From Escherichia coli (lineage in GTDB: Bacteria > Pseudomonadota > Gammaproteobacteria > Enterobacterales > Enterobacteriaceae): a stretch of DNA of 64,000 nucleotides. Where the stretch lies: assembly GCF_003334405.1 (NCBI RefSeq), contig NZ_QOWM01000001.1, one strand, 5' to 3'. Made by a program: the position numbers and the translations under genes. The notes under the pieces were generated by a model that made no database searches, was not told the DNA's origin, and worked only from the letters and a program-made list of their open reading frames with translations. Shown piece after piece: positions 21,226-32,456 of this stretch. Within the stretch, counting starts at the first letter, position 1; every line of letters starts with the position of its first letter.

Positions 21226-23721
21226 ATGTTAACGATTCAATTTCTCTGTCCTTTGCCTAACGGTCTACATGCTCGTCCGGCGTGGGAACTTAAAGAACAG
21301 TGCAGCCAGTGGCAAAGCGAAATCACTTTTATTAACCATCGCCAGAACGCAAAGGCAGATGCGAAAAGCTCGCTGGCGCTGATTGGCACCGGCACCCTAT
21401 TTAATGACAGTTGCAGCCTGAACATTAGCGGCAGCGATGAAGAGCAGGCGCGGCGCGTGCTGGAAGAGTACATCCAGGTGCGCTTTATCGACAGCGACAG
21501 CGTTCAGCCTACGCAGGCAGAACTGACGGCGCATCCGCTGCCGCGTTCATTAAGCCGCCTTAACCCGGATTTACTGTACGGCAATGTGCTGGCAAGCGGC
21601 GTCGGCGTGGGTACGCTGACCCTGTTACAAAGCGACAGCCTCGACAGTTATCGGGCAATCCCCGCCAGTGCGCAAGATTCCACCCGGCTGGAGCACAGCC
21701 TGGCAACGCTTGCCGAGCAACTGAACCAGCAATTGCGTGAGCGTGACGGCGAAAGCAAAACTATCCTCAGCGCCCATTTGTCGCTGATTCAGGATGATGA
21801 ATTTGCAGGCAATATCCGTCGCCTGATGACAGAACAGCATCAGGGGCTGGGGGCGGCGATCATCAGCAATATGGAGCAGGTTTGCGCCAAACTTTCTGCC
21901 TCTGCCAGCGATTATCTGCGCGAACGTGTTAGCGACATTCGCGATATCAGCGAACAGTTGCTGCATATCACCTGGCCGGAACTGAAGCCGCGCAACAAGC
22001 TGGTGCTTGAAAAACCGACCATTCTGGTGGCTGAAGATTTAACCCCAAGCCAGTTTTTGAGCCTTGATTTGAAAAATCTTGCGGGCATGATTCTGGAGAA
22101 AACCGGGCGCACCTCGCATACACTGATTCTGGCCCGTGCCTCGGCGATCCCGGTACTGAGTGGCTTGCCGCTGGATGCGATTGCCCGTTATGCCGGGCAA
22201 CCTGCAGTGCTTGACGCCCAGTGCGGCGTGCTGGCGATTAACCCGAATGACGCGGTGAGCGGTTATTATCAGGTCGCGCAGACGCTGGCGGATAAACGCC
22301 AAAAACAACAGGCGCAGGCTGCCGCGCAGCTGGCCTATTCCCGTGATAACAAGCGTATTGATATTGCGGCGAATATCGGCACCGCTCTGGAAGCGCCAGG
22401 CGCGTTTGCCAACGGCGCGGAAGGTGTCGGGCTGTTCCGTACCGAAATGCTCTATATGGATCGCGACAGCGCGCCGGACGAGCAGGAGCAATTTGAAGCC
22501 TACCAGCAGGTGCTACTGGCGGCGGGCGACAAGCCGATTATCTTCCGCACGATGGACATCGGCGGCGATAAAAGCATTCCTTATCTGAATATTCCCCAGG
22601 AAGAGAACCCGTTCCTCGGCTATCGCGCGGTACGTATTTACCCGGAATTTGCTGGCCTGTTCCGCACTCAACTGCGGGCCATTTTGCGCGCCGCCAGTTT
22701 CGGCAACGCCCAGTTGATGATCCCGATGGTTCACAGCCTCGATCAGATCTTATGGGTGAAAGGCGAGATCCAAAAAGCGATCGTTGAGCTTAAGCGCGAT
22801 GGCCTGCGTCATGCAGAGACGATTACGCTTGGGATCATGGTGGAAGTTCCGTCGGTGTGCTACATCATCGACCACTTCTGCGATGAGGTCGATTTCTTCA
22901 GTATCGGCTCCAACGATATGACCCAGTATCTGTATGCGGTCGATCGTAATAACCCGCGCGTATCGCCGCTATATAACCCGATTACGCCATCGTTCCTGCG
23001 CATGTTGCAGCAAATAGTTACCACTGCGCATCAGCGGGGCAAATGGGTAGGCATTTGCGGTGAACTGGGCGGTGAAAGCCGTTATCTGCCGCTACTGCTT
23101 GGGCTGGGCCTGGATGAGCTGAGTATGAGTAGCCCGCGTATTCCGGCGGTGAAAAGCCAGCTTCGTCAACTGGATAGCGAGGCGTGTCGGGAACTGGCGC
23201 GTCAGGCATGTGAATGCCGCAGTGCGCAGGAAATTGAAGCGTTACTCACCGCCTTTACGCCGGAAGAAGACGTTCGCCCACTGCTGGCGCTGGAGAATAT
23301 CTTTGTTGATCAGGATTTTAGCAATAAAGAGCAGGCGATCCAGTTCCTGTGCGGCAACCTCGGCGTTAACGGGCGCACTGAACATCCGTTTGAGCTGGAA
23401 GAAGATGTCTGGCAGCGGGAAGAGATTGTTACCACCGGCGTTGGTTTTGGCGTAGCGATCCCGCACACCAAATCTCAGTGGATCCGTCATTCCAGTATCA
23501 GCATTGCCCGGCTGGCGAAACCGATTGGCTGGCAGTCAGAAATGGGCGAAGTCGAACTGGTGATCATGCTGACGCTGGGTGCTAACGAAGGGATGAATCA
23601 TGTGAAAGTCTTCTCGCAGCTGGCGCGTAAACTGGTGAATAAAAACTTCCGCCAGTCGTTGTTTGCCGCGCAAGATGCACAAAGTATCCTGACGCTGCTG
23701 GAAACAGAATTAACCTTCTGA
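21226..23721 (+). CDS. fryA: PTS multiphosphoryl-transfer protein (HPr-like, Enzyme I and EIIA-like domains)
   Basis: 831 aa; PEP-utilising Enzyme I-like central region. Confidence 0.9.
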   Translation: MLTIQFLCPLPNGLHARPAWELKEQCSQWQSEITFINHRQNAKADAKSSLALIGTGTLFNDSCSLNISGSDEEQARRVLEEYIQVRFIDSDSVQPTQAELTAHPLPRSLSRLNPDLLYGNVLASGVGVGTLTLLQSDSLDSYRAIPASAQDSTRLEHSLATLAEQLNQQLRERDGESKTILSAHLSLIQDDEFAGNIRRLMTEQHQGLGAAIISNMEQVCAKLSASASDYLRERVSDIRDISEQLLHITWPELKPRNKLVLEKPTILVAEDLTPSQFLSLDLKNLAGMILEKTGRTSHTLILARASAIPVLSGLPLDAIARYAGQPAVLDAQCGVLAINPNDAVSGYYQVAQTLADKRQKQQAQAAAQLAYSRDNKRIDIAANIGTALEAPGAFANGAEGVGLFRTEMLYMDRDSAPDEQEQFEAYQQVLLAAGDKPIIFRTMDIGGDKSIPYLNIPQEENPFLGYRAVRIYPEFAGLFRTQLRAILRAASFGNAQLMIPMVHSLDQILWVKGEIQKAIVELKRDGLRHAETITLGIMVEVPSVCYIIDHFCDEVDFFSIGSNDMTQYLYAVDRNNPRVSPLYNPITPSFLRMLQQIVTTAHQRGKWVGICGELGGESRYLPLLLGLGLDELSMSSPRIPAVKSQLRQLDSEACRELARQACECRSAQEIEALLTAFTPEEDVRPLLALENIFVDQDFSNKEQAIQFLCGNLGVNGRTEHPFELEEDVWQREEIVTTGVGFGVAIPHTKSQWIRHSSISIARLAKPIGWQSEMGEVELVIMLTLGANEGMNHVKVFSQLARKLVNKNFRQSLFAAQDAQSILTLLETELTF

Positions 23722-23723
23722 CG

Positions 23724-24581
23724 TTAGCCCTGAAAACGGGCGCTGTACTCTCCCGGCGTCAGACCAAACTGACGCCGGAAAACGCGACAAAAATAGTCGC
23801 TATCCGGAAAACCGCAACGCTGTGCCACTTCATGAATTGACAGATGATATTTCTGCAAAATCATCCTCGCCTTCGCCATTCGCACCCAACGCACATACTC
23901 GATAAAACGCATCGTTCCATGCTGAGCAAACAGTTTTGACAGATGATTGGGCGTGATATTAAAAAACTGCGCCACGCTCTCGCGGGTGAGCGGCTGGGCA
24001 TAATTATCCTGAACCCAGTTACAAATGCTGTGATAGAGAAAATCGCCGCGCGGCTGCGAATTGCCCGGCGGCATATTCACCACGCTACGGCAAAGATGCA
24101 GCAAACTTAACACCAGCGGCTGAATGATATTTTGCTCCAGCGGCGAACGGCTAAGATGGGTGAGGGCGGTAAGCATCGCTTCACCTTCACCGCGTTGCAG
24201 GCTGGGAAGCTGGATCTGGCGAGCAGGATGCAACAACGACGTGGTGCGGCTATCGTAAAACGATAACCCAAGCCAGGTCGGAGCGAACACCAGGCTTAAC
24301 AGCATCACCGGTTTGTTGTTGACCGGTAAATTAGCCGCGCGCGCCGGAATAAACAGCATTTCTCCTTCCACCAAACGTTGCTGCTTTGCTTCCAGCAGAT
24401 TGCCGTATTCGCCGCGCAGCACGATATCCAGACGGGGAAAATCAATACATAAACTGCCCACCGGCAACGAGGCAGGCTGGCTGGCAAACCAGACGCGCCC
24501 CAGTAGTTGCGGGTTAAGCACCAGGCCGCTGAACAGATCGGCGAAAAATTGTTGATCGGCGGGCAAGCCTGGTGCTTTCAT
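23724..24581 (-). CDS. ypdC: AraC-family transcriptional regulator
   Basis: 285 aa; C-terminal AraC HTH. Confidence 0.85.
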   Translation of the reverse strand: MKAPGLPADQQFFADLFSGLVLNPQLLGRVWFASQPASLPVGSLCIDFPRLDIVLRGEYGNLLEAKQQRLVEGEMLFIPARAANLPVNNKPVMLLSLVFAPTWLGLSFYDSRTTSLLHPARQIQLPSLQRGEGEAMLTALTHLSRSPLEQNIIQPLVLSLLHLCRSVVNMPPGNSQPRGDFLYHSICNWVQDNYAQPLTRESVAQFFNITPNHLSKLFAQHGTMRFIEYVRWVRMAKARMILQKYHLSIHEVAQRCGFPDSDYFCRVFRRQFGLTPGEYSARFQG

Positions 24582-24593
24582 GAAAGTTCCCGA

Positions 24594-25346
24594 TTAAAGA
24601 TGCATTAACTGGCGAAATTCTTTCACTTTGCTGCGGCTGACCGGCACTTCAAAATCCAGATCTTTCAGTCGCAGAATGTAGGTGTTATTAAACCACGGTT
24701 CGATTTCGCGTATTTTGTTCAGATTGACACAAAATGAGCGATGGCAGCGGAAAAAATGCGACGGCGGCAGTTTGCTGCAAAATTCGGTAATGTTCATCGG
24801 CATTACGTAGGATTCACGCCGCGTATAGACAAAGGTCATTTTCTCGTGCGCTTCGGCGTAATAGATATCGTTAATTGGCGTGACGATTATTCGCTCATCT
24901 TTCACCAGATTAATGGTGTCATTCTCACGCGTTACCGTCGCGGCAGGCGTACTGCTGGTCTGCTGTTGTTGCCAGGCCGCTTCCAGTTTTTGCAGCATCC
25001 CGGTAATACGTGACTCCTGATACGGTTTGAGAATGTAGTCAAACGCCTCCAGTTCAAACGCTTCTACCGCATGTTCTTTCCACGCGGTGATGAACACAAT
25101 AAACGGTTTATGGGCGAACTGGCTGATGTTTTGCGCCAGCAATACGCCATCCAGCGACGGAATATTGATATCCAGAAAAATGGCGTCGACGCGGTTATGC
25201 TGCAAAAACTTCAACACGTCCAGACCGTCGTCAAAGGTGCCGACAATCTCCATCTGGCTGTGCTCTTTAATTAGCCAGCTCAGTTCCTGTTGTGCCAGGA
25301 ATTCGTCTTCAACAATGATGACTTTCACAATATCACTCCGGCTCAA
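24594..25346 (-). CDS. ypdB: LytTR-family response regulator of the YpdA/YpdB two-component system
   Basis: 250 aa from the ATG that overlaps the ypdA stop (ATGA); the 244-aa form starts 6 codons in at GTG (MKVIIVEDE). Receiver domain plus LytTR. Confidence 0.88.
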
Positions 25347-27040
25347 AGCAATAACGTAGCCTGTGAGGCGACTGGGGTGCGTTGGTTAGGAATGTAAAAC
25401 GCAATTTCCGTCCCCGGCTCCAGGCGGCGGATATGCAGCCCCTCGCCATACAATAACTTCACGCGATGATGGACATTCAGCAGGCCAATTTTATTGCCCG
25501 GCATTTCATTCGCTTCGACCCGCTCAATCACCTTTGGATCGATGCCGTGCCCGGTATCTCGCACCGCAATGCGTACCCGATTTCCGCACTCTGCAACGCT
25601 GATGGTGACAACGCCTTTACCTTTGCAAGGCTGAATACCGTGGACAATGGCGTTCTCCACCAACGGCTGGATCAGCAGGCTGGGAATGCAGCAATTCACC
25701 TCTTCATCAATATCATAGATAACCGTCAGCTTGTCACCAAAGCGGGCCTGCTCAATGGCAATATAGTCTTTAATTTGATACAGCTCTTTTTTGATATCGA
25801 TTTGCTCATCGTCTTTTAATTCAATGTTATAGCGCAGATAACGCGACAGATTAAAGATCAACTGGCGAGCGGTATCCGGATTCAGACGGATTGACGATGA
25901 AATAGCGTTCAGAGCGTTAAACAGAAAATGGGGATTAATTTTGCTTTGCAGGGCGCGAAGCTCTGCCTTATTTGCCATTTCACGTAGCTGCTCGGCGCGT
26001 GAAACCTCCAGTTGCGTGGAGATGATTTGCGACAGACCGACCGCCATTTCCTGTAATGACGAGGTGATCTGATGCGCGTGGCAGTAGTAAATTTTCAGCG
26101 TTCCGGTCACGACCCCTTTCTCCCACAATGGGATCACCAGCATGGAATGAATCTCTGGTGTGCGGTGGGCTTCATCATTGTTTTTAATGATGATTTTTCC
26201 GTAATTCATCGCCTGACGGGTAGTCGGGCTAATGAAGTCATCGCCATTCTGATAGTTATGTTCACCCACGCCAACATAGGCCAGCACATGATCGGTATTA
26301 GTAATCGCCACCGCATCGGCGTGAATGTCATCGCGGATAATTTCGCAGACCTTGCGTAATGACTCGCTATTGACATGGCGAAACAGCGGTAGCGTTTTGT
26401 TGGCGATATCCAGCGCCAGCTTGGCCTGCCGCGCGGCGCTGGCCTCTTTTTCGCCCTCAACGCTTTGCACCAGAAGCACAATAAAGCCGATACAGACGCT
26501 ACCGAGGATCATTGGAATGCCGATTTTAGAGACGATATCGATCCCCAACGCGGTAGTTGGTGCCCAGACAATTACCAGAATCATGGTCAACGTCTCACAC
26601 AACATGCCGCCGAGAATACCGACGCGCCAGCGCTGTGCTTTGGGGATTTTCAGGTTGATCCAGCCCGATATACAACCCGCCAGAATGCTGGTGATAAAGC
26701 AGGGGATCGCCGTCACGCCGCCGATATCAATTAAATACCGGTGAATACCCGCAATCACGCCGGTAATGATGCCTACCCACGGGCCAAACAGAATCCCGCC
26801 GGACATCACCGCGATAATACGTACGTTCACCAGCGAGCCTTCTACGGGAACGCCGGACCAGGTGCTGAACAGGGCGAACAGCGAGAAAATGGCGGTAACG
26901 GCGAGCAATTCTTTTGGGGAGTGCGCCGACTTGTGCAACAGTTCGCGAAACAGGCGGATACGGATGAGAAAGAACAGGCAGATAAGCATTAACGCTGCCC
27001 GATCGAAGACCGCCAGCAGCATGTTGAATATTTCGTGCAC
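25343..27040 (-). CDS. ypdA: LytS-type sensor histidine kinase
   Basis: 565 aa; membrane N-terminal domain, GAF-like region, HisKA_3/HATPase C-terminus. Confidence 0.9.
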
Positions 27041-27415
27041 GGGTGACTCTGAATAAGGATTAAACCTCTATGATAGGTAACCTGAAGGCTGATGACCAGC
27101 AGGCCGTTTTTGAGGAAAAACCACAATTTTAAAATGGGATTGATAGATAAATGGTGTATTAGCAATGCATCTCTTGATAATGCACTTCTGGTTAGTAAAT
27201 TTATTGAAATTATTATGTTAATAAAATGAGTGGTAATTTTCTTGTTAGCGCAGATAAATTTCCTGTTTTTAAAGCAGAGTTCCTCATTTAACGTCATTAA
27301 TAAAATGTTCTAAAACGCTGGACAGACAGAAATTAATCAGGCTATTTTCAAAACAGCCACCATCGTGGCAGCGTCGCTCGGACGGTCCGGGCGCTAACGT
27401 TAATCTGAGGAAATT

Positions 27416-28654
27416 ATGGCTGACACTCGCCCTGAACGTCGCTTTACGCGCATTGATCGTCTCCCGCCCTACGTTTTTAACATCACCGCTGAACTGAAAA
27501 TGGCTGCGCGTCGGCGCGGCGAAGATATTATCGATTTCAGCATGGGTAACCCGGACGGTGCGACTCCGCCGCATATCGTCGAAAAATTATGTACTGTGGC
27601 CCAGCGCCCGGACACGCATGGTTACTCCACTTCACGCGGCATTCCGCGGTTACGTCGCGCCATTTCCCGCTGGTATCAGGATCGCTACGACGTTGAAATC
27701 GACCCGGAATCAGAAGCCATCGTCACTATTGGTTCGAAAGAGGGCCTGGCGCATCTGATGCTGGCGACGCTGGATCATGGTGACACGGTGCTGGTGCCGA
27801 ATCCAAGTTACCCGATCCATATTTATGGCGCGGTGATTGCCGGGGCGCAGGTACGCTCAGTGCCGCTGGTGGAAGGTGTCGATTTCTTCAACGAACTGGA
27901 GCGAGCCATTCGTGAAAGTTATCCGAAACCGAAGATGATGATCCTCGGCTTCCCGTCAAACCCAACCGCGCAATGCGTGGAACTGGAGTTCTTCGAAAAA
28001 GTAGTGGCGCTGGCGAAACGCTACGATGTGCTGGTGGTCCATGACCTGGCCTATGCCGATATCGTCTACGATGGCTGGAAAGCGCCGTCAATTATGCAGG
28101 TACCGGGTGCACGCGATGTGGCAGTCGAGTTCTTTACGCTGTCGAAAAGCTACAACATGGCGGGCTGGCGTATCGGCTTTATGGTTGGCAACAAAACGCT
28201 GGTCAGCGCCCTGGCTCGTATTAAAAGCTATCACGATTACGGCACCTTTACGCCGTTGCAGGTGGCGGCGATTGCGGCGCTGGAGGGCGATCAACAGTGC
28301 GTGCGCGACATTGCCGAACAGTACAAACGCCGCCGTGATGTATTGGTTAAAGGGCTGCATGAAGCGGGCTGGATGGTTGAAATGCCGAAGGCTTCGATGT
28401 ATGTCTGGGCGAAAATCCCGGAACCATATGCGGCCATGGGATCGCTGGAATTTGCCAAGAAGCTCCTTAACGAAGCGAAGGTTTGTGTCTCGCCGGGGAT
28501 TGGCTTTGGCGACTATGGTGATACGCATGTTCGCTTTGCACTGATTGAAAACCGCGACCGTATTCGTCAGGCCATCAGAGGGATTAAAGCGATGTTCCGT
28601 GCCGACGGTTTACTACCCGCCAGCAGCAAACATATTCACGAAAACGCGGAATAA
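27416..28654 (+). CDS. alaC: Glutamate-pyruvate aminotransferase (class I PLP aminotransferase)
   Basis: 412 aa; PLP-lysine motif [12 protein letters not shown]. Confidence 0.92.
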   Translation: MADTRPERRFTRIDRLPPYVFNITAELKMAARRRGEDIIDFSMGNPDGATPPHIVEKLCTVAQRPDTHGYSTSRGIPRLRRAISRWYQDRYDVEIDPESEAIVTIGSKEGLAHLMLATLDHGDTVLVPNPSYPIHIYGAVIAGAQVRSVPLVEGVDFFNELERAIRESYPKPKMMILGFPSNPTAQCVELEFFEKVVALAKRYDVLVVHDLAYADIVYDGWKAPSIMQVPGARDVAVEFFTLSKSYNMAGWRIGFMVGNKTLVSALARIKSYHDYGTFTPLQVAAIAALEGDQQCVRDIAEQYKRRRDVLVKGLHEAGWMVEMPKASMYVWAKIPEPYAAMGSLEFAKKLLNEAKVCVSPGIGFGDYGDTHVRFALIENRDRIRQAIRGIKAMFRADGLLPASSKHIHENAE

Positions 28655-28673
28655 ACACCGTCGTCAGAAATGC

Positions 28674-28705
28674 AAACAGGAGCCTGATGGCTCCTGTTTT
28701 TCATT
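28674..28705 (+). terminator. Rho-independent terminator after alaC
   Basis: aaacaggagcc-tgat-ggctcctgttttt. Confidence 0.55.
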
Positions 28706-28718
28706 GCACAGTTTGCTT

Positions 28719-28790
28719 TTAGATCATCAGGGCAAAAGTACCGGCCCAAACGATGACCATAAAAGAAATGCCCATAAAGAAATATTTCAC
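28719..28790 (-). CDS. ypdK: Small membrane protein YpdK (23 aa)
   Basis: Minus-strand GTG AAA TAT TTC TTT ATG GGC ... ATC TAA gives (M)KYFFMGISFMVIVWAGTFALMI; not in the ORF track because it is too short. Confidence 0.6.
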   Translation of the reverse strand: MKYFFMGISFMVIVWAGTFALMI

Positions 28791-29145
28791 TTTACATCTC
28801 TCCGCGTAATTACTGTTACGCCTGAATGACTTCATTACACCTGATACAGTGAGTTGACACCGGGCAAAGCGACCTTAAAAGCCCTGTATTTTACCGTGGG
28901 CATCACCCCAGAATTCTGAGCTAAACTGCTCGAGACGGCGCTAATGTACGCCTAAAACTGAAACGAGACAAGAGGCATTTTCTTATTTACTTTTAGTAAC
29001 TTACAAGTGTCTCATATCGGCGACAGTTTAATTTCTGACGGTAATAATTAGATATTCAGCGAAGGAAAAAACCTTAAGAAAAAAGCCATAAAAACCATGA
29101 GGTTATTATGGCCGATTTGAGGAGGGAAAGAGTAAGAGCAGTTTG

Positions 29146-30066
29146 TTAAATGTACAACGACGATTCTCCCACCGGGCGCGTTTTAAAGCGACGGTGGATC
29201 CAGAGGTACTGCTCCGGTGCGCGCATGATCTCTTTCTCGATAATCTTGTTCATATAGGCAGCGGCTTGATTTTCATCTGTCGGGTAGCCTTCCATCTCTG
29301 GGGTGATGAACAAACGATATCCGCTGTAATCCGCTTTTCTTACCATCGTTACGGTCAACATGGCTGCGCCAGAGAGACGGGAGAGAACATAGGTGCCATT
29401 GGTTGTGGCGACATTTTCCACCGCAAAGAACGGCGCGAAGGAGCTGCCTTTACGACCATAATCCTGATCGGGAGCAAACCATACCGCTTCACCTTTCTTC
29501 AGTGCACCGACAATGCCGCGCAGATTATTTCTGCCGATCATCGCTTTGTTAGAGCGCATGCGCCCACGGGTCTGCACCCATTCCATCAGCTGATTATTAT
29601 GTGGACGATAGGTAGCCATCATTGGTTGGCACAGTCCCATCACGCGGCCGCCCAGTTCCAGCGACATAAAATGGACGCCGACAACCATTACGCCGCGATT
29701 TTGCATTTGTGCGCGTTTAAGGTTATCCAACCCTTCAACATCAAACCATTTACGTACGCGACTGTCGGGCCAGAACCATGCCATGCCGGTTTCTACCAGC
29801 GCCATGCCGAGTGAACGAAAGTTTTCGGCAATCATCTTCTCGCGTTCTTCCGCAGAATGCTGCGGGAAACAAAGTTCCAGGTTTTTACGGGCGATAGATT
29901 CACGACGTTTCAGGAATGGTCGCGCCATTGCGCCAATACGCGTGCCGAGAAAGCAGAGAACAGGATAAGGAAGCTGTACCCAAAGCCAGAGTACACCAAG
30001 CCCAAACCATGTGAGCCAGTAGCGAGGATGTAGAAACTCGCGGGAAAATTTGCATTGTGGAAACAT
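29146..30066 (-). CDS. lpxP: Lipid A palmitoleoyltransferase (cold-induced late acyltransferase)
   Basis: ORF track to 30132; internal start MFPQCKFSREFLHPRYW gives 306 aa; HtrB/MsbB acyltransferase family. Confidence 0.9.
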   Translation of the reverse strand: MFPQCKFSREFLHPRYWLTWFGLGVLWLWVQLPYPVLCFLGTRIGAMARPFLKRRESIARKNLELCFPQHSAEEREKMIAENFRSLGMALVETGMAWFWPDSRVRKWFDVEGLDNLKRAQMQNRGVMVVGVHFMSLELGGRVMGLCQPMMATYRPHNNQLMEWVQTRGRMRSNKAMIGRNNLRGIVGALKKGEAVWFAPDQDYGRKGSSFAPFFAVENVATTNGTYVLSRLSGAAMLTVTMVRKADYSGYRLFITPEMEGYPTDENQAAAYMNKIIEKEIMRAPEQYLWIHRRFKTRPVGESSLYI

Positions 30067-30418
30067 AGTTACCTTCTGTAGATACGAATTGTTGTATCGC
30101 AGAAGATTCCATGTCGACAGCGGTACACTCAATTGGTTGGGCCATCATGTACGACAATGGTTCCTGTAAAGAGTGTAAAGACTAGTCAGGACATAACCAC
30201 GAGGAGCATGAAGGCGGTATCTGTACTTTATCACTCGCTGACTGCTTTCAGCTACTGATTATTAATCGTGCAAAGTAAATATTTTTCCGTACACAACAGT
30301 CTTGCATTTAACATGCTGTTTTCATTGATGCTTAGCAAAAATTGCCAGAGGTTAAGGATTGTCTTACTATTAAAGTGACTGAAGTTACAGGTTTTTTAGC
30401 GCGGCAGGAGGTTGAGCT

Positions 30419-30661
30419 ATGATTAATTTATGGATGTTTCTCGCCCTGTGTATTGTCTGCGTAAGCGGCTACATCGGTCAGGTACTGAACGTGGTATCGG
30501 CGGTCTCTTCTTTCTTCGGCATGGTGATCCTCGCTGCACTCATTTATTACTTCACCATGTGGTTAACTGGCGGTAATGAACTAGTGACGGGGATATTTAT
30601 GTTTCTTGCCCCGGCTTGTGGCTTGATGATTCGCTTTATGGTGGGGTATGGCAGGCGGTAG
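30419..30661 (+). CDS. yfdY: Small inner-membrane protein YfdY (DUF2545)
   Basis: 80 aa with two hydrophobic helices. Confidence 0.75.
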   Translation: MINLWMFLALCIVCVSGYIGQVLNVVSAVSSFFGMVILAALIYYFTMWLTGGNELVTGIFMFLAPACGLMIRFMVGYGRR

Positions 30662-30737
30662 TGGGTCAGGATGGCTCATTTGGGCAGGTGTTCACATCAG
30701 CATCAGACATGATTGTTCACCTGCCATGTGAAAGACG

Positions 30738-31013
30738 CTATCGCACAGGATGAATAAGATAATTCGCCTTTGTCGGAAAAGGGGGCGGCATTTCTTCTGT
30801 GAGGTTTAATGGTGGCGCATCTTCTCTCATCTTAAACAAAATCGCCTGTGATGGCTGAAGTTTTGTAGAGTGTGTGGTCGTCATCGCTGATGTTTTTTCA
30901 GTCTCTTTATAGCTCCTCTCACTTCCACCACCCGAAATGGAAAATGCAAAAACATTGCATGCCATAATAGAGACCAATAAAAATAAGCTGAAAAGTATTA
31001 AGTTTACTTTCAT
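30738..31013 (-). CDS. ypdI: Small lipoprotein/exported protein YpdI
   Basis: 91 aa; signal peptide with lipobox-like IMAC. Confidence 0.72.
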   Translation of the reverse strand: MKVNLILFSLFLLVSIMACNVFAFSISGGGSERSYKETEKTSAMTTTHSTKLQPSQAILFKMREDAPPLNLTEEMPPPFPTKANYLIHPVR

Positions 31014-31155
31014 AGAAAGTTATCCTGAAAATGGTTCACTGAGAACCTACGATGTTATGGCTGTATTTACATTTAATTAATCAGTATTTACATCGATATA
31101 ATAAATGACATCTCTTTGTGGTATATAAGAATAGTTCTCTGCGACAGGAAGCATA

Positions 31156-31173
31156 TTCCTACAATTGTAAGAC
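31156..31173. promoter_or_regulatory. EvgA-box-like inverted repeat upstream of yfdX
   Basis: TTCCTACA-AT-TGTAAGAC matches the EvgA consensus TTCPyTACA-N2-TGTAPuGAA. Confidence 0.5.
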
Positions 31174-31308
31174 TAAAATACTTCTTGCGATAATAACTAC
31201 AACTGTAAGATAACCCTTTCAAAATGACCGTTGCTCTCTGATTTCTCATTTCATGCTCACCCAATATGATGGCGGCGTTTTCTAAAACTGTTAAAGAATG
31301 AGGTAAGT

Positions 31309-31944
31309 ATGAAACGTTTAATTATGGCCACGATGGTCACAGCAATTCTGGCATCTTCAACTGTATGGGCTGCTGATAATGCTCCGGTAGCGGCACAACA
31401 GCAAACTCAGCAAGTTCAGCAAACCCAGAAAACGGCAGCGGCAGCAGAGCGTATCTCTGAACAAGGTTTATATGCGATGCGTGACGTGCAGGTAGCGCGC
31501 CTGGCTCTGTTTCATGGCGATCCAGAAAAGGCAAAAGAACTGACCAATGAAGCTTCCGCTTTGCTGTCAGATGACAGTACCGAATGGGCAAAGTTCGCTA
31601 AGCCAGGTAAAAAGACCAATCTCAATGATGACCAATATATTGTCATTAATGCATCTGTCGGAATTTCTGAGAGTTATGTAGCAACTCCCGAAAAAGAAGC
31701 CGCGATAAAAATTGCCAATGAAAAAATGGCGAAAGGGGATAAAAAGGGCGCAATGGAAGAGCTTCGCCTGGCCGGTGTTGGCGTAATGGAAAACCAATAT
31801 CTGATGCCACTTAAACAGACTCGTAATGCACTTGCTGATGCGCAGAAACTGCTTGATAAAAAGCAATACTACGAGGCAAACCTGGCGCTTAAAGGTGCGG
31901 AAGATGGAATCATCGTCGATAGCGAAGCACTGTTTGTGAACTAA
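31309..31944 (+). CDS. yfdX: Periplasmic protein YfdX (EvgA-regulated)
   Basis: 211 aa with signal peptide [21 protein letters not shown]. Confidence 0.85.
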   Translation: MKRLIMATMVTAILASSTVWAADNAPVAAQQQTQQVQQTQKTAAAAERISEQGLYAMRDVQVARLALFHGDPEKAKELTNEASALLSDDSTEWAKFAKPGKKTNLNDDQYIVINASVGISESYVATPEKEAAIKIANEKMAKGDKKGAMEELRLAGVGVMENQYLMPLKQTRNALADAQKLLDKKQYYEANLALKGAEDGIIVDSEALFVN

Positions 31945-32187
31945 TGCTGACAGGCAGTATATTGAGGTAAAGGATTTAACTCCCTCCAGCCGACAATTTT
32001 TTATGACCACAATACGACAGGTTGTGGTCATAAAATTATTTGGCGCTCGCGGTGCTATAAACTCGCATTTTATATTCCTCAAAGTAAACCGCAATAATCC
32101 CGTGTCATCACAAATCATTTATTATGTTATGTTTTATGGTACGCTTTAAAAAGCGTAATCATACCCTTGCTTGTAAATCACCGGCGC

Positions 32188-32205
32188 TTCTTACAGTTGT
32201 AAGAA
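32188..32205. promoter_or_regulatory. EvgA-box-like palindrome upstream of frc
   Basis: TTCTTACA-GT-TGTAAGAA, a near-perfect match to the EvgA box, about 250 bp upstream of frc. Confidence 0.55.
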
Positions 32206-32456
32206 TAACATCACAAATGTCGCGACTCTCTCTGATTACCACGAATCAATATTTATCATATTCTTCTTTTCGTCCTCACTACTTACCATGCAGAAAGGAA
32301 TTGGAAGTGGCGATGAAATGATTTTCAGCACTTGATACAGGATTTTAAAAATATCGAGTGCAGCTACGACGATATTTTGCGGGTTATTTATAGAAGATAT
32401 TACGCCTTAAATAAACGCTAAATTAACACATATTTAATTAACTAATAGGTATTGCT

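Noticed and set aside
28545-28829. 94-aa ORF overlapping the alaC 3' end
   Set aside because: Overlaps the alaC stop and terminator and the minus-strand small gene ypdK; basic low-complexity translation.
32124-32321. 65-aa ORF in the AT-rich frc leader
   Set aside because: No convincing ribosome-binding site and AT-rich random-looking sequence; noted only as part of the long-leader finding.
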